Shown: positions 16,334 through 27,201, counted from the first letter of the stretch. The stretch: DNA of 32,000 nucleotides from Aeropyrum pernix K1 (GCF_000011125.1 NC_000854.2:570001-602000), one strand, 5' to 3'. The notes: generated by a model not told the origin, from the sequence alone. Program-made: numbers and translations.

Positions 16334-17476
16334 ATGCGTTTGAATCCCGAGCGGCCACTCTTATCAGGATCTTGCACCCAGTACCTAGACTGGGGGTTGC
16401 CCATTGCTATGGATGCTGTAGGCCCCGGTGAGGCTAGGAGGATTCTGGACAGGTATGGGGCTGATAGGGTCCTGCTTGTAGGCCCTCCTGGGGTTGGTAA
16501 AAGCACGGTTGTTAGGAGTTATGCTGAGGACTCGGCCTCGAGGGAGGGGTTGGAGTTCGTGGACCTCTCTGAAGCACGCAGCCTTGAGGACCTCGACACA
16601 GATTCGACATACGCCTTCCTCCATATATACGCCCCCCTGGTTAGGGCCGAGGACCTCGCTTTCATAGCCCGAAGGGGGGAGGGTTATGACTGGACTCTGC
16701 CTTCACGGCTAGCCTACCTGACTAGGCCGGGTGTGAGGGGTCTTGTGTTTATAGACGAGATTACTAACGTGGCCCTGCCAGAGGTGCAGACGATACTCTT
16801 CAGCATGGTTCTCGACAAGAGGGTAGCCTACAACAGGCTGTCCAGCGGGGTTGAGGTGGTGGCCGCTGGCAACTCGCCGCGGGACAGCCCCGTCTCCCAG
16901 TGGCCCCCTCCGCCGCTGCTCGACAGGTTCAGGCTGCTGATAAGGGTGAAGCCGCCGGACCTGGAGGAGTGGGTGTCGTGGATGAACTCGGTCGGGAGGC
17001 CGTGGGACAGGAGGGTTGCGGCCGTGCTGAAGGTCAAGCCGGTTCTTATGTACCGGCCGCCGGAGGATGAGGAGGACAAGTTCCCAACCCCCAGGTCCTG
17101 GAGCCAGCTGGCGTGGGAGCTCGCCAAGACGGGCGCCCATGGAGACGAGGCGGTCAGGATAGCAGCTATGGTTGTCGGCCGCAGGGCAGCGGAGGAGGCT
17201 AGGCAGTTCCTCCAGCCAGACCCAGCCTCTCTCGACCTCTCAACGTTTCCCCGGCTAGATGAGAGGGAGCGGCTGACGCTTCTATCGGTGGAGGCTGGCA
17301 GGCTTGCTTCGCAGGATGTTGTAGAGCTTTGCAGGACTCTGGAGAAGGTTGGCTCCTACGGGGCCCACTATGCCGTGTGGCTGCTCATGCTCTCCGGCGT
17401 TGACACCGTAGAGGCCGCGAGGTCCTGCAGCTATGTTGAGGACCTCCTAAGCAGGCTCTCCAGCTACCTGGGGTAG
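16334..17476 (+). CDS. MoxR-type AAA+ ATPase
   Basis: VLLVGPPGVGKSTVV Walker A, GLVFIDEITNV Walker B, VVAAGNSP sensor 1. Confidence 0.9.
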   Translation: MRLNPERPLLSGSCTQYLDWGLPIAMDAVGPGEARRILDRYGADRVLLVGPPGVGKSTVVRSYAEDSASREGLEFVDLSEARSLEDLDTDSTYAFLHIYAPLVRAEDLAFIARRGEGYDWTLPSRLAYLTRPGVRGLVFIDEITNVALPEVQTILFSMVLDKRVAYNRLSSGVEVVAAGNSPRDSPVSQWPPPPLLDRFRLLIRVKPPDLEEWVSWMNSVGRPWDRRVAAVLKVKPVLMYRPPEDEEDKFPTPRSWSQLAWELAKTGAHGDEAVRIAAMVVGRRAAEEARQFLQPDPASLDLSTFPRLDERERLTLLSVEAGRLASQDVVELCRTLEKVGSYGAHYAVWLLMLSGVDTVEAARSCSYVEDLLSRLSSYLG

Positions 17477-17496
17477 GGGTCGAGCGGTGGCACGCT

Positions 17497-17715
17497 ATGT
17501 ACGCTGAGGCTTCCTGCCTCGGGAGGCTGAAGATAGTGTACTTCAAGGGACCCATCGTCATAATAATGGTGGGGGACCTGCCGCTCCCCCTTCCGTCGGC
17601 TCTTTGCAGACCCCACAGGGTTATCGAGCGGAGGGGGTACAGCCGCGGCTTCCACAAGGTCCTCGAGCTGGCACTGAGGGCGAGGACGGCTTGGATGGCT
17701 GCGGGGATAAGATAA
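17497..17715 (+). CDS. small hypothetical protein between MoxR and VWA genes
   Basis: MYAEASCLGRLKIVYFKGPIVIIMVGDLPLPLPSALCRPHRVIERRGYSRGFHKVLELALRARTAWMAAGIR; overlaps the VWA start. Confidence 0.5.
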   Translation: MYAEASCLGRLKIVYFKGPIVIIMVGDLPLPLPSALCRPHRVIERRGYSRGFHKVLELALRARTAWMAAGIR

Positions 17716-18800
17716 GCGAGGCGGTAGCCGCTGCCCTACTAGTTGCACCCGAGGCTATGCTGCAGGTTGAGATCGAGGGCTGCAGCGATGTAACCTCCGT
17801 AAAGCCGGGGCGTTTGAGCCTCGCCAAGACCCTGTCCAATACGAGGCCAGCCACTATACTGTCCCATATTGTAACGTCGGCTGCAAGGGCGTGGGCTCTG
17901 GGCGAGATCCAGGGCATACCAGGCCCTGCCGACGCTAAGCTTGCAGCCATAGAATGCTGGGGCTACATAGTGGCGAGGCAGGCTGGTGTGAAGCCCGACC
18001 TTAGCGCTTTGGAGAGGTTTCTCGCGGGAGCTATACTTCTCGGCAACACGCCCCGCAGCCCTCTAGACGCGTTCAGAATGATAAGCGAACTAGCACGCAG
18101 AGCCACCCCACGAGGGCTGGCGGCCCGCCTCTTTATCCTCATTTTACGGAAGAGCCGTGCCAAGGTGGCGGCGGTAGCCCAGTCAGGCACTACCAGGGTT
18201 GAGGGCCTCCAGTATGGTGGTCCCAGTGAGATGTTAAACAGAGCCAAGATATACATGGCCCTATCTCGTGCTGCAGCGAGGAGGTCGTGGTCGAGAGGCT
18301 GGCTACGGCCCCCTAAGAGACTGGTAACGCTTGGTGACGGCGTTCTCCTGCCAGGCCAGTCTTGGGGGCCTGTGAACAGGCACGCGGTTCTCCTTGACGT
18401 CAGCGCCAGTATGGAGGGTAAGATGCGGGTGGCCGTGGAGGCGGCTGCACACGCCCTTAGATACCCTGCAAGGACCCGCGTGCTAGCCCTCTTCGACTAT
18501 GACATACGGAGGGAGATTGTTAACCCAAGGCCGGTTGTTTTTGCTTCGAGCGAGGACCTCTCGCCCGCGGGTGGAACAAGGCTTTCAAAACCCCTTTCAC
18601 GATACATGCCGTGCAGGGCAGACCTTGTTACGGTTATAAGTGACTGGGGCTTGATTGAAGACGATCTAAATTCGAGTCTAGCCCTGATGAGGAAGCACTT
18701 GGCGTGCGGTGGCAGCCTGGTTCTCGTCAGCGTCTCCCCCTTTGTAAAGCCGCCTAGAGGGCCGTGGATAACTCTAGACCTCATGTCAAAAGACTACTGA
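17691..18800 (+). CDS. von Willebrand factor A domain protein
   Basis: MIDAS-type VLLDVSASMEGKMR; SPAGGTRLSKPL; track ORF begins at 17604, TTG at 17691 preferred. Confidence 0.85.
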   Translation: MDGCGDKISEAVAAALLVAPEAMLQVEIEGCSDVTSVKPGRLSLAKTLSNTRPATILSHIVTSAARAWALGEIQGIPGPADAKLAAIECWGYIVARQAGVKPDLSALERFLAGAILLGNTPRSPLDAFRMISELARRATPRGLAARLFILILRKSRAKVAAVAQSGTTRVEGLQYGGPSEMLNRAKIYMALSRAAARRSWSRGWLRPPKRLVTLGDGVLLPGQSWGPVNRHAVLLDVSASMEGKMRVAVEAAAHALRYPARTRVLALFDYDIRREIVNPRPVVFASSEDLSPAGGTRLSKPLSRYMPCRADLVTVISDWGLIEDDLNSSLALMRKHLACGGSLVLVSVSPFVKPPRGPWITLDLMSKDY

Positions 18801-18815
18801 ACCGGGTGGAAGAGT

Positions 18816-19631
18816 CTAACCTACCTCGGGCGGCAGCCTGAAAGCAGTTGCTAGATAGTGGTCGCCTTCAAAGGGGGCTAGCGTCGCTAGTGTCAGGCTA
18901 GTGGGGATTGGCAGTATTTCGCCCGTCTGGTCCCAGTCATCGACAGTTATTACTATCAATAATGTTCTAGCCTCTCTCGGGTTCAATAGTAGCTCAAGAG
19001 CTGGTATGGGCTTCGCCAGTGCTACGTTGGCGTGCGATATGCTAAGTTCTGCCAGGCTAGGAGGACCTCCCGCCATCAATATGTCGTCGGGCTCTAAGAG
19101 TTTAGTCGGCAAGCTGCTGGATAGATCGTTCAGCCCGTCCGGCGTCCTCCAGTACGAACAGGAGGGTATGCTGGTTTCTATTATGGAGCCGCCGCTGCCT
19201 ACGACGTCTAGAAGACCGTCACCGCTAGCGTCCTCCACCCTGAAGAAGTAGATGTTAACCCCGTCTGAGGGGGTATCCTGGTCGACGGGTATAAGCGAGA
19301 TATCAGACGTTGGTACGTAAAGCTCGTTGAAGGTCTGTGATAGCGGGAGGACTGTTAGGACATACTTCCTAGGCTCGTCGGCAAGGTTTTTCACATCGAG
19401 ATAATAGCAGGCTATAGTAGGTGATTCTGAGTCGTCGTACACCCAGCCGACTATGCTAACGTCAATGGAGCTGGCGGTCTCCGCTAAAACCGTTACCAGA
19501 ATCCTCTCTCTCTGGAATATTCCTGCCTGCGACTGGAAGAACGAGTACACGCCCATAGCTAAAGCTATGGTGACAGCAACTAGTATTACAACAGTTATGG
19601 GGTTGGCCTGTCCTCTTCTATGGTGCAACAT
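18816..19631 (-). CDS. secreted pilin/archaellin-like protein with class III signal peptide
   Basis: N-terminal RRGQANPITVVILVAVTIALAMGVYSFFQSQ. Confidence 0.75.
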   Translation of the reverse strand: MLHHRRGQANPITVVILVAVTIALAMGVYSFFQSQAGIFQRERILVTVLAETASSIDVSIVGWVYDDSESPTIACYYLDVKNLADEPRKYVLTVLPLSQTFNELYVPTSDISLIPVDQDTPSDGVNIYFFRVEDASGDGLLDVVGSGGSIIETSIPSCSYWRTPDGLNDLSSSLPTKLLEPDDILMAGGPPSLAELSISHANVALAKPIPALELLLNPREARTLLIVITVDDWDQTGEILPIPTSLTLATLAPFEGDHYLATAFRLPPEVG

Positions 19632-19725
19632 TTACACCGCAGAAACGCATCTAAATTCTTATTACATCTAAGTAGCTATATATTTTACAGAGAGCCTGAT
19701 TATATGTCGAGGATGCGGTGGAAGC

Positions 19726-22311
19726 TTGGCCAGGAAAATTTCATCAGCGCCGATGCGGGGCAAGGCGAGGCGAGGACAGGCCGAGGTTATCGGCGGCCTC
19801 ATAATCATAACTATACTGCTAGTCTTCCTACTACCACTCGCGCTACAGTCCATAAGGGACGTGGTGGATGTTGGAAGCAAGGCCAGGGAGGCCGAGGTTA
19901 GAGTGGACGTTAAGCTTAAAGAAGAGCTGGCTATAAGAGGGGCCACCCAGGAGGAGATGGGCAGCACGGACTACTGGCCGGCTGTCTGGATAGAGAACAC
20001 AGGAACAGTACCAGTGACATTAAGATACATGTTCCTCCTCCACAAGTCCACGGGCGAGCCCCTGTCTATTATAGACATGTCGAGGGCCAGGCCGGGGAAC
20101 CCGGGTATGATTAAATATATGTTTCTAAACCCTGTGATGACGTCTGAAGGACCAAAGGACGGAGAACCCCTCCCCCCCACGGGGGAATACATATCTCTAG
20201 CGCCTGGAGACAAGCTTCTAGTGGTTTTCGACTCAACAAAGCTACCCGCCTCACCCTTCCAGATTAGAATAAGAGTTCTCTCAGCCGAGGGGGTCCTACA
20301 CCCTAAGACGGGAGGCTATGGGCAGGGCGATCTAGTCCCTCAAGCCCCTGGAGAGGCTGGTGTCTCGGGTGAGGAAGGCGGGCTTACAGGAGAGACGATA
20401 GCGATCTGGAAGGGAGCCTTCACACCGTACGCCGGGTTCAAGCTGATAGGCGGGGAAGAGCTTAAGTCGAAAGGCAGTTTAAGAGCCTTCATCCCACAAC
20501 TGGTTATGGATAAAGATTTAGGCGTGACCTTCGAGTCGGCGGCTGTATACAGCGATCCTGACTATCCAGGCCTGTATAAAGTAGTTCTTATACCGGGTTC
20601 CAGCGAGAGCTTCACCCTACACTTGTACAGTAAATCAAACTCGGGAAGCTTGAGTAAGGTTAGCACCATAACGTGCAGTTTCAGTGGTGGGGATTATGTC
20701 GAGTTCAGGGGTTTCATAGGTACCTTCCATATCTACTCCTCGGGAGGAGGCGAGCAGAAGTCGGTTATGCTGCATGGTCATGCGACGGATATTCTCGTGA
20801 ATGGCACCTCTTGTGTAAACGGGCCTTACGGTCTTATAGACATATCGGACATAGTAGTTGATTCCACGTCGGAAGTGTCGGACTTCGACTCAAACGGCAT
20901 TACAGAGCTGGTCCTATACTCTTATAAGAACGGCCCTAACTATACTCCCACCGATGTTAACGCAGATGGTTTAGATATTCACGGCACTAGTTCTTGCGAC
21001 TTGGGCGGTGTATCGTCAAGCGCCAAGGGCGGGGGCAAAGGCGGAGGCGGCGGTGGCGGCGGCTCCGGCTCCTCAGAGGGCGATGACTGTGTGGATGATG
21101 CTCTTGTGTGGAGCTACGTGGTTACTAGGGACATAACAAACCAAGATTTCATAAGGGTAACTGTAAAGGTTAACTACTACTGGACGAGAGTTCCCGAAGA
21201 CATATCAACCCTCCCCACGAGGAAGCTCAGGATATTTTCGGTAGCTGTATGGGAGTACAACGATGATGCTGACAAGTGGATTCTGAAGCACTTGAGAGAC
21301 ATCGGGTTTGACGAAGAGCTGCCTAAGCAGTTTAAGTTTACTACTATATTCCCTATAGAGAGGGATAAGAAGTACAGGGTTGGGATTCTCTTCTACGATA
21401 GCTACAGGCAAGTGGGACGTTCGGGGACAAACGCAACCTTCTTCGACTTCACCTACGGTTTGGAGTACCTCATAGTGGAGTACGGTAGGTTTAACCCGCT
21501 GTTCAGCAGCACTCCACCCATATACATAGTTGCTATAAGGGATGAGAGCAAGATAAGCGGCTTAGGAGGAGATGGGACATCAGAGTTAGAGGCCCAGGAC
21601 CTCCTCCTCGACAAGATAAAATCGCTACTTGAAGCTCAGGGCCTGGTGGACTACGTTGTAATAAGAGATGCTAAAGAATTATGTAGCCTCCTCCTAGACC
21701 AAAGCCTAAACCAGCTCCCAGCAGGACCTCCAGAAGGGGCTATAGTGATTTGGCTCCAGGGAGAGGCGGACCCGGTGACGGTTACGTCAGGAGTATGTTC
21801 CCAAGCTGTATCTTCTTCTGATCTGAAAGCGAGGCTGATCTATAATCACTGGATTTTCGTGCAGCCCGCTGGAACGCCTCTCTTCGGCTCTGAGAGCGTG
21901 TTGCAGGATGCGTCAAGCGGTAAGGTATTGCTAGCTGGCCCTGGAACAGCTCAGATAACCCCTTCGGGTTTGGAAGCTCAGGTCGACTTCGGCGCCTACA
22001 ACATGCCCTCCGAAGCAGAGTTCCAATACCTCCTCGATGTAGTAAACCCGGATTGTGTAGTTGACGAGGGGACTTTCTACCAGAATACGGATACCGGCTA
22101 CTATGGTACACTAGCTTTCTGGGCGGACTGCCAGCAGCCTGGTAGCGTAGAGTTATTTGGCATCTTCATAGTAAACCCAGCGAGCATCGACTGGGGCTAC
22201 AATGGCGGAGGGCTTATTCCAGAGGCTGTGGCTGAGATAACTGTGTTTTCTGCGTTAAAGACATATAAAGAGGTTCTTGAGCAACTCCTTAACACCCAGG
22301 GCCAGAGTTAA
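19726..22311 (+). CDS. large secreted pilin-like protein (861 aa) with class III signal peptide
   Basis: N-terminal KARRGQAEVIGGLIIITILLVFLLPLALQSI; internal KGGGKGGGGGGGGSGSS linker. Confidence 0.8.
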   Translation: MARKISSAPMRGKARRGQAEVIGGLIIITILLVFLLPLALQSIRDVVDVGSKAREAEVRVDVKLKEELAIRGATQEEMGSTDYWPAVWIENTGTVPVTLRYMFLLHKSTGEPLSIIDMSRARPGNPGMIKYMFLNPVMTSEGPKDGEPLPPTGEYISLAPGDKLLVVFDSTKLPASPFQIRIRVLSAEGVLHPKTGGYGQGDLVPQAPGEAGVSGEEGGLTGETIAIWKGAFTPYAGFKLIGGEELKSKGSLRAFIPQLVMDKDLGVTFESAAVYSDPDYPGLYKVVLIPGSSESFTLHLYSKSNSGSLSKVSTITCSFSGGDYVEFRGFIGTFHIYSSGGGEQKSVMLHGHATDILVNGTSCVNGPYGLIDISDIVVDSTSEVSDFDSNGITELVLYSYKNGPNYTPTDVNADGLDIHGTSSCDLGGVSSSAKGGGKGGGGGGGGSGSSEGDDCVDDALVWSYVVTRDITNQDFIRVTVKVNYYWTRVPEDISTLPTRKLRIFSVAVWEYNDDADKWILKHLRDIGFDEELPKQFKFTTIFPIERDKKYRVGILFYDSYRQVGRSGTNATFFDFTYGLEYLIVEYGRFNPLFSSTPPIYIVAIRDESKISGLGGDGTSELEAQDLLLDKIKSLLEAQGLVDYVVIRDAKELCSLLLDQSLNQLPAGPPEGAIVIWLQGEADPVTVTSGVCSQAVSSSDLKARLIYNHWIFVQPAGTPLFGSESVLQDASSGKVLLAGPGTAQITPSGLEAQVDFGAYNMPSEAEFQYLLDVVNPDCVVDEGTFYQNTDTGYYGTLAFWADCQQPGSVELFGIFIVNPASIDWGYNGGGLIPEAVAEITVFSALKTYKEVLEQLLNTQGQS

Positions 22312-22643
22312 GTCGTGTCAATAGCCTAAATGGCTTGAAGAACAAATATCTCGAGCTTTTAGGCTCTAGGAAGATTTGCGACTGTCTATCGACATAATCG
22401 GAAGCCCAGGCGCTTTTTGATATTGGAGTAAAGAGCTGCTTAGCCAGCAGACTTCATGTTCCTAAAACGGTGTAACATACTTCGGAGAATAAACGGTTAA
22501 ACGACTATGTCGGGTTTGACACATAGCCTTAAATACCCCATTCGGAGAAATTTCGAGCCAGCAGGTCTAGAGGAGGGAGGAGGACGGCATATACAGGTTT
22601 TACTGGAAAGGTTTTCCCATTAAAAGTCTATACCTATTAGAGG

Positions 22644-23039
22644 GTGGTGATAGTGACCTCATCCGCCGGGGCTGAGGGTGTCGAAGTAAGAGTGACCAGC
22701 AGGGTCATATATGTCCCCTTTGAGGACGGGTCTAAAGCGTTTCTCCGCTATAGGATTGAGGATGGCAAGATCTACCTCATAGAAACCTACACTCCCCCGC
22801 AGCACAGGGGTAAGGGTGTGGCGAGGAGGATGGTTGAGAAGGCTATTGAGATCGCCAGGGAGAAGGGCCTGGAGGTGGTGCCGCTCTGCAGCTACGCTGT
22901 TTACTATTTCCTGAAGAACAGGGAAGCTCGAGGCCTCCTCGCGGAGCCCTACAGGTCTATGAGTGACGAGGACCTCAAGAAATATTATGAGGAAAGGCTG
23001 GCGGCGGAGAGGGCTAAGAACGCTGGCGAAAAAGGCTAG
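22644..23039 (+). CDS. GNAT-family N-acetyltransferase (YjdJ/Gtn1-like)
   Basis: YTPPQHRGKGVARRMVEKAIEIAREKGLEVVPLCSYAVYYF. Confidence 0.85.
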   Translation: MVIVTSSAGAEGVEVRVTSRVIYVPFEDGSKAFLRYRIEDGKIYLIETYTPPQHRGKGVARRMVEKAIEIAREKGLEVVPLCSYAVYYFLKNREARGLLAEPYRSMSDEDLKKYYEERLAAERAKNAGEKG

Positions 23040-23114
23040 GATAGACACATAGGATCTAAATCCCTGAGTCTAAAGGATATTGCTGCGTTCGGAGAATGTG
23101 CTGTGCATCAAGGT

Positions 23115-23801
23115 TTAGCGTAACCTGGTTTCAAGCCTCTTTTTAACGATACTTTTCTCCCTGGAGCCTAGTGTGAGTGGTACAGCCAGGGGTGTTTTGG
23201 GCTCGCTTGGCGCGGCGAGGGCGCCGTCTTCGTAGTATATGATCGAGGACCTCAGGACCTCCTCGACTATCTCTTCTGGAGCCCTGCTCGCCCACCTCTC
23301 TAGAAGGCCCTGGAACCCTATGTACTCTTTAAACTCCTCCTCGCTGGAGGTCCTCTTGCATACTAGGCACCAAAGCTCCGGTGTTAAGGCTTTGAACCCG
23401 CATTTAGGGCATCTAGCCTTTGTGGGTGAGCCGTAGGCTTCCCAGAGCATCCTCAGCTCCTCAACAATATCATCGGCCCCAAGCCGCCGGGCAACATCGT
23501 ACAGGGCTGGGGCGGCCTTCCCCGCTATCTCCGGAGCGTTCTGGACTATAAACTCCAGCCTCTCCCTGGTGAGCCTGTCTACACTCTCAGCGAGCCTCGA
23601 GGCGAGGGCTTTCAGGAACAGGTGCTTCTGCCCAATTATCTTCCTCGCTATACCCTCGGCTGTGGGTCGCGATAGCTTGGAGGCGGCCTCAAGCACTATA
23701 GGCTCCAGCACATCCCTAATCTCATCGCTACTAAGGCCGAGATAGTCTAGCCCCATGTTGTTGAGCACCAGCTGCTCGACAGACCTGTATAGCGCCTCCA
23801 C
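23115..23801 (-). CDS. hypothetical zinc-ribbon protein
   Basis: CPKCGFKALTPELWCLVCKR with helical N-terminal domain. Confidence 0.75.
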   Translation of the reverse strand: MEALYRSVEQLVLNNMGLDYLGLSSDEIRDVLEPIVLEAASKLSRPTAEGIARKIIGQKHLFLKALASRLAESVDRLTRERLEFIVQNAPEIAGKAAPALYDVARRLGADDIVEELRMLWEAYGSPTKARCPKCGFKALTPELWCLVCKRTSSEEEFKEYIGFQGLLERWASRAPEEIVEEVLRSSIIYYEDGALAAPSEPKTPLAVPLTLGSREKSIVKKRLETRLR

Positions 23802-23991
23802 CTGCTCCCTAGAGGGAGCCTTCCTCCCCGTCTTCGAGGCCCTCCTACCCCCGCCCCCTTTCGACCCTTTCGACCACCTCCTCGGCAGAGCCTAGGCACC
23901 CCCTCCTATCCTATTTTACCTACCCGTGGTTTATTTTGGACGTGCGAAAACGTTAAGCCACCGTCACCCAAATACTGGGTCTGGAGGGTGC

Positions 23992-24750
23992 GTGTTCTCG
24001 TTGAAGACCGTTCTACTCTACCAGCAGGACAGCTATCTCAGGGAGTTTGAGGCAAGGGTTGAGGAGGCGAGTGGCGGGAGGGTTGTGCTGGACAGGACGG
24101 CCTTCCACCCCGGCCCCCACGGGGGGCTTGACACTGACACGGGCTACATTTTCTACGGTGATAAGAGGTACAGGGTTGTCAGGGCAGCTGTTGAGGGGGA
24201 TGTTGTGGCGCACTACCTGGACAGCGACACCGCTACGCTGGAGCCCGGGGCCGTTGTGAAGGGCGTTATAGACTGGGAGAGGAGGTATAGGATGATGAGG
24301 CTGCACACGTTCAGCCACATACTAGCGGCGGTGCTCTACGAAAAGCATGATGTCCTGGTTACGGGCGGCCACATAACGCCCGACTACGGGAAGGATGATT
24401 TCAGCATAGAGGGCGGCGGCTGGAGGGAGGTTATAGAGGAGGCCTTCAGGGAGGCCAACGAGATAGCGTCTAGATGCATAGAGGTGAAGGTCTACTGGCT
24501 TCCCAGGGAGGAGGCGCTTAAGATACCCGGTATTGTAAAGCTCGCCAACAAGCTCCCCCCGGAGGTTGAGACCCTCAGGATTGTAGAGATTCCGGGGGTT
24601 GACGTGCAGGCGGATGGAGGACCTCACGTGAGGAACACCTGCGAGATAGGGAGGGTGGTCATAACCAAGCTGGAGAGCAAGGGGAAGAGGAGGAAGAGGG
24701 TGTACTACACCCTGGAGGAGGCGCTTGAGCCCACCCCCGAGGCACCCTGA
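23992..24750 (+). CDS. alaX: alanyl-tRNA editing protein (AlaX family)
   Basis: TAFHPGPHGGLDTDTG, RLHTFSHILAAVL, TGGHI, GPHVRNTCEIG metal-site motifs. Track ORF begins at 23926; GTG at 23992 preferred. Confidence 0.9.
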   Translation: MFSLKTVLLYQQDSYLREFEARVEEASGGRVVLDRTAFHPGPHGGLDTDTGYIFYGDKRYRVVRAAVEGDVVAHYLDSDTATLEPGAVVKGVIDWERRYRMMRLHTFSHILAAVLYEKHDVLVTGGHITPDYGKDDFSIEGGGWREVIEEAFREANEIASRCIEVKVYWLPREEALKIPGIVKLANKLPPEVETLRIVEIPGVDVQADGGPHVRNTCEIGRVVITKLESKGKRRKRVYYTLEEALEPTPEAP

Positions 24751-24849
24751 CTGTAGTATTCAGGGTGTCGACCCGGTATCCCAGGGGTGGATAAGCTTAA
24801 TAAGGGGGTCCCACATTAAACACACCATAAAGGGTGTGGGGAGGCTCTC

Positions 24850-25206
24850 ATGGCTGGGCTCGGTAGACGGTGGGTCCTCTATAAGGAGGCTAAGAGGGTG
24901 CTCGAGGACATAGGCGAGCTGAGGCTCCACAGCCCGAAGACCATATACACGGGGGACATGGAGGAGGCGCTGGAGGAGGGTAGCGAGGTTTTCAGGCTGA
25001 TAGAGTCGGGGGGGAACCCCGGCTGGTACGCCGTCAGGAGGCCATACTCGGGCGTGAACATAGAGTTCTACCTGCTAAGCAGGATGTCCGCCGCGCTCAG
25101 GCTCAGGATGATGGAGCTGAACAAGCTCTACGTCACTGGCCTCGACTACTTCCACAAACGCCTCGACTCGGCCGTCTCAAGGGCCTACTCCCTCGTGGAG
25201 GCCTGA
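24850..25206 (+). CDS. conserved-looking hypothetical protein
   Basis: MAGLGRRWVLYKEAKRVLEDIGELRLHSPKTIYTGDMEEALEEGSEVFRL... Confidence 0.65.
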   Translation: MAGLGRRWVLYKEAKRVLEDIGELRLHSPKTIYTGDMEEALEEGSEVFRLIESGGNPGWYAVRRPYSGVNIEFYLLSRMSAALRLRMMELNKLYVTGLDYFHKRLDSAVSRAYSLVEA

Positions 25207-25316
25207 GGCCGAAAGGCGGCTATTTTGGCCTCTCACACCAGATCCTTTAAGCGCTTTGTGCAGACGACCAGCCCTGTTTCTATACTTAAACGTTTCTCAG
25301 CGTTTCAGCAGGTAAA

Positions 25317-25325
25317 CATTTATAT
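25317..25325 (+). promoter_or_regulatory. TATA-like box of the thermosome gene
   Basis: TTTATATAG about 60 bp upstream of the thermosome start region. Confidence 0.4.
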
Positions 25326-25383
25326 AGAAGGGAAGTAACGATAGGTACCTGGAACTTATGGTGTCTTGGGTAACGGGTGGTTG

Positions 25384-27050
25384 AGATGGCTGCGACGGGA
25401 TATCCTGTGCTGATACTCAAGGAGGGCACCCAGAGGACCTACGGAAGGGAGGCTCTCAGGGCTAACATACTCGCCGCAAGGGTACTGGCTGAGATGCTCA
25501 AAAGCAGCCTAGGACCCAGAGGCCTCGACAAAATGCTTGTCGACGCTTTCGGTGACATAACCGTGACCAACGATGGAGCCACTATAGTGAAGGAGATGGA
25601 GATACAGCACCCCGCCGCCAAGCTGCTGGTGGAGGTGGCTAAGGCCCAGGACGCTGAGGTGGGTGACGGCACCACGAGCGTCGTCGTCCTCGCCGGCGCC
25701 CTGCTAGAGAAGGCCGAGAAGCTTCTAGACGAGAACCTACACCCAACCATAATCATAGAGGGATACACCAAAGCCATGGAGGAGGCCCTCAGGCTTGTTG
25801 ACGAGGCCGCCGTCCCAGTGGAGGTTGAGGATGACAGTGTTCTGAGGAGGATTGCGGAGACCACGCTAGCCAGCAAGTTCGTGGGCACCGGCCCCGAGAG
25901 GGATAAGATAATCAGCATGGTTATCGACGCTATAAGGACTGTGGCGGAGAAAAGGCCCGACGGCGGCTACGAGGTTGACCTAGACTATGTCAAGATTGAG
26001 AAGAAGAAGGGCGGTAGCCTGCTGGACAGCAAGCTGGTCAGGGGTATAGTTCTCGACAAGGAGGTCGTACACCCAGCGATGCCTAAGAGGGTCGAGAACG
26101 CGAAGATACTAGTCCTAGACGCTCCGCTGGAGGTCCAGAAGCCCGAGCTAACCACCAAGATAAGGGTGACCGACATAGAGAAGCTTGAGAGCTTCCTCGA
26201 GGAGGAGACTAGGATGCTGAGGGATATGGTGGAGAAGATCGCCGCCACCGGCGCTAACGTGGTGATAACCCAGAAGGGTATCGACGAGGTGGCACAGCAC
26301 TTCCTGGCGAAGAAGGGTATACTGGCTGTAAGGAGGGTCAAGAGGAGCGACATAGAGAAGGTGGCCAAGGCGACTGGCGCGAAGATAGTGACTAGCCTGA
26401 GAGACCTGAAGCCCGAGTACCTCGGCTACGCCGAGCTGGTTGAGGAGAGGAAGGTTGGAGAGGATAAGATGGTGTTCATAGAGGGCGCCAAGAACCCGAA
26501 GAGCGTGACCATACTGCTCAGGGGCGCCAACGACATGCTGCTTGACGAGGCCGAGAGGAACATCAAAGACGCTCTCCACGGCCTGAGGAACATACTGAGG
26601 GAGCCCAAGATAGTGGGCGGCGGAGGCGCCGTCGAGGTAGAGCTGGCCCTCAAGCTCAAGGAGTTCGCCAGGACTGTGGGCGGCAAGCAGCAGCTGGCTA
26701 TAGAGGCTTATGCTGAGGCCCTCGAGACCATACCCACCGTGCTCGCCGAGAGCGCTGGCATGGACGCCCTCGAGGCTCTCCTAAAGCTGAGGAGCCTGCA
26801 CAGCCAGGGCTATAAGTTTGCCGGTGTTAACGTGCTTGAGGGCAAGATAGAGGAGGACATGACCAAGATAAACGTCTACGAGCCAGTGCTCGTCAAGAAG
26901 CAAGTGATAAAGAGCGCCAGCGAGGCGGCCATAAGCATACTGAAGATTGACGACGTGATAGCAGCAGCCCCGCCCAAGAAGAAGGAGAAGAAGGGCAAGA
27001 CCGGCGAGGAGGAGGAAGAGGAGGGCGGCGGCAGCAAGTTCGAGTTCTAG
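25384..27050 (+). CDS. thermosome (group II chaperonin) subunit
   Basis: [54 protein letters not shown]; Lys/Glu-rich C-terminus. Confidence 0.97.
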
Positions 27051-27201
27051 CCCCCAAATCCCAGTTCGGCAATTTTTAAATAATTACTTTAGCCCTCCTC
27101 CTAGCGTTTCCCCTTTCCTCCCACGCCCTATCTATAGTATAGGCTGTCTACGATTGTAATGTATTAGGTTTTGCCGCTCCAACATTCTAGGCTGGTGTTG
27201 C

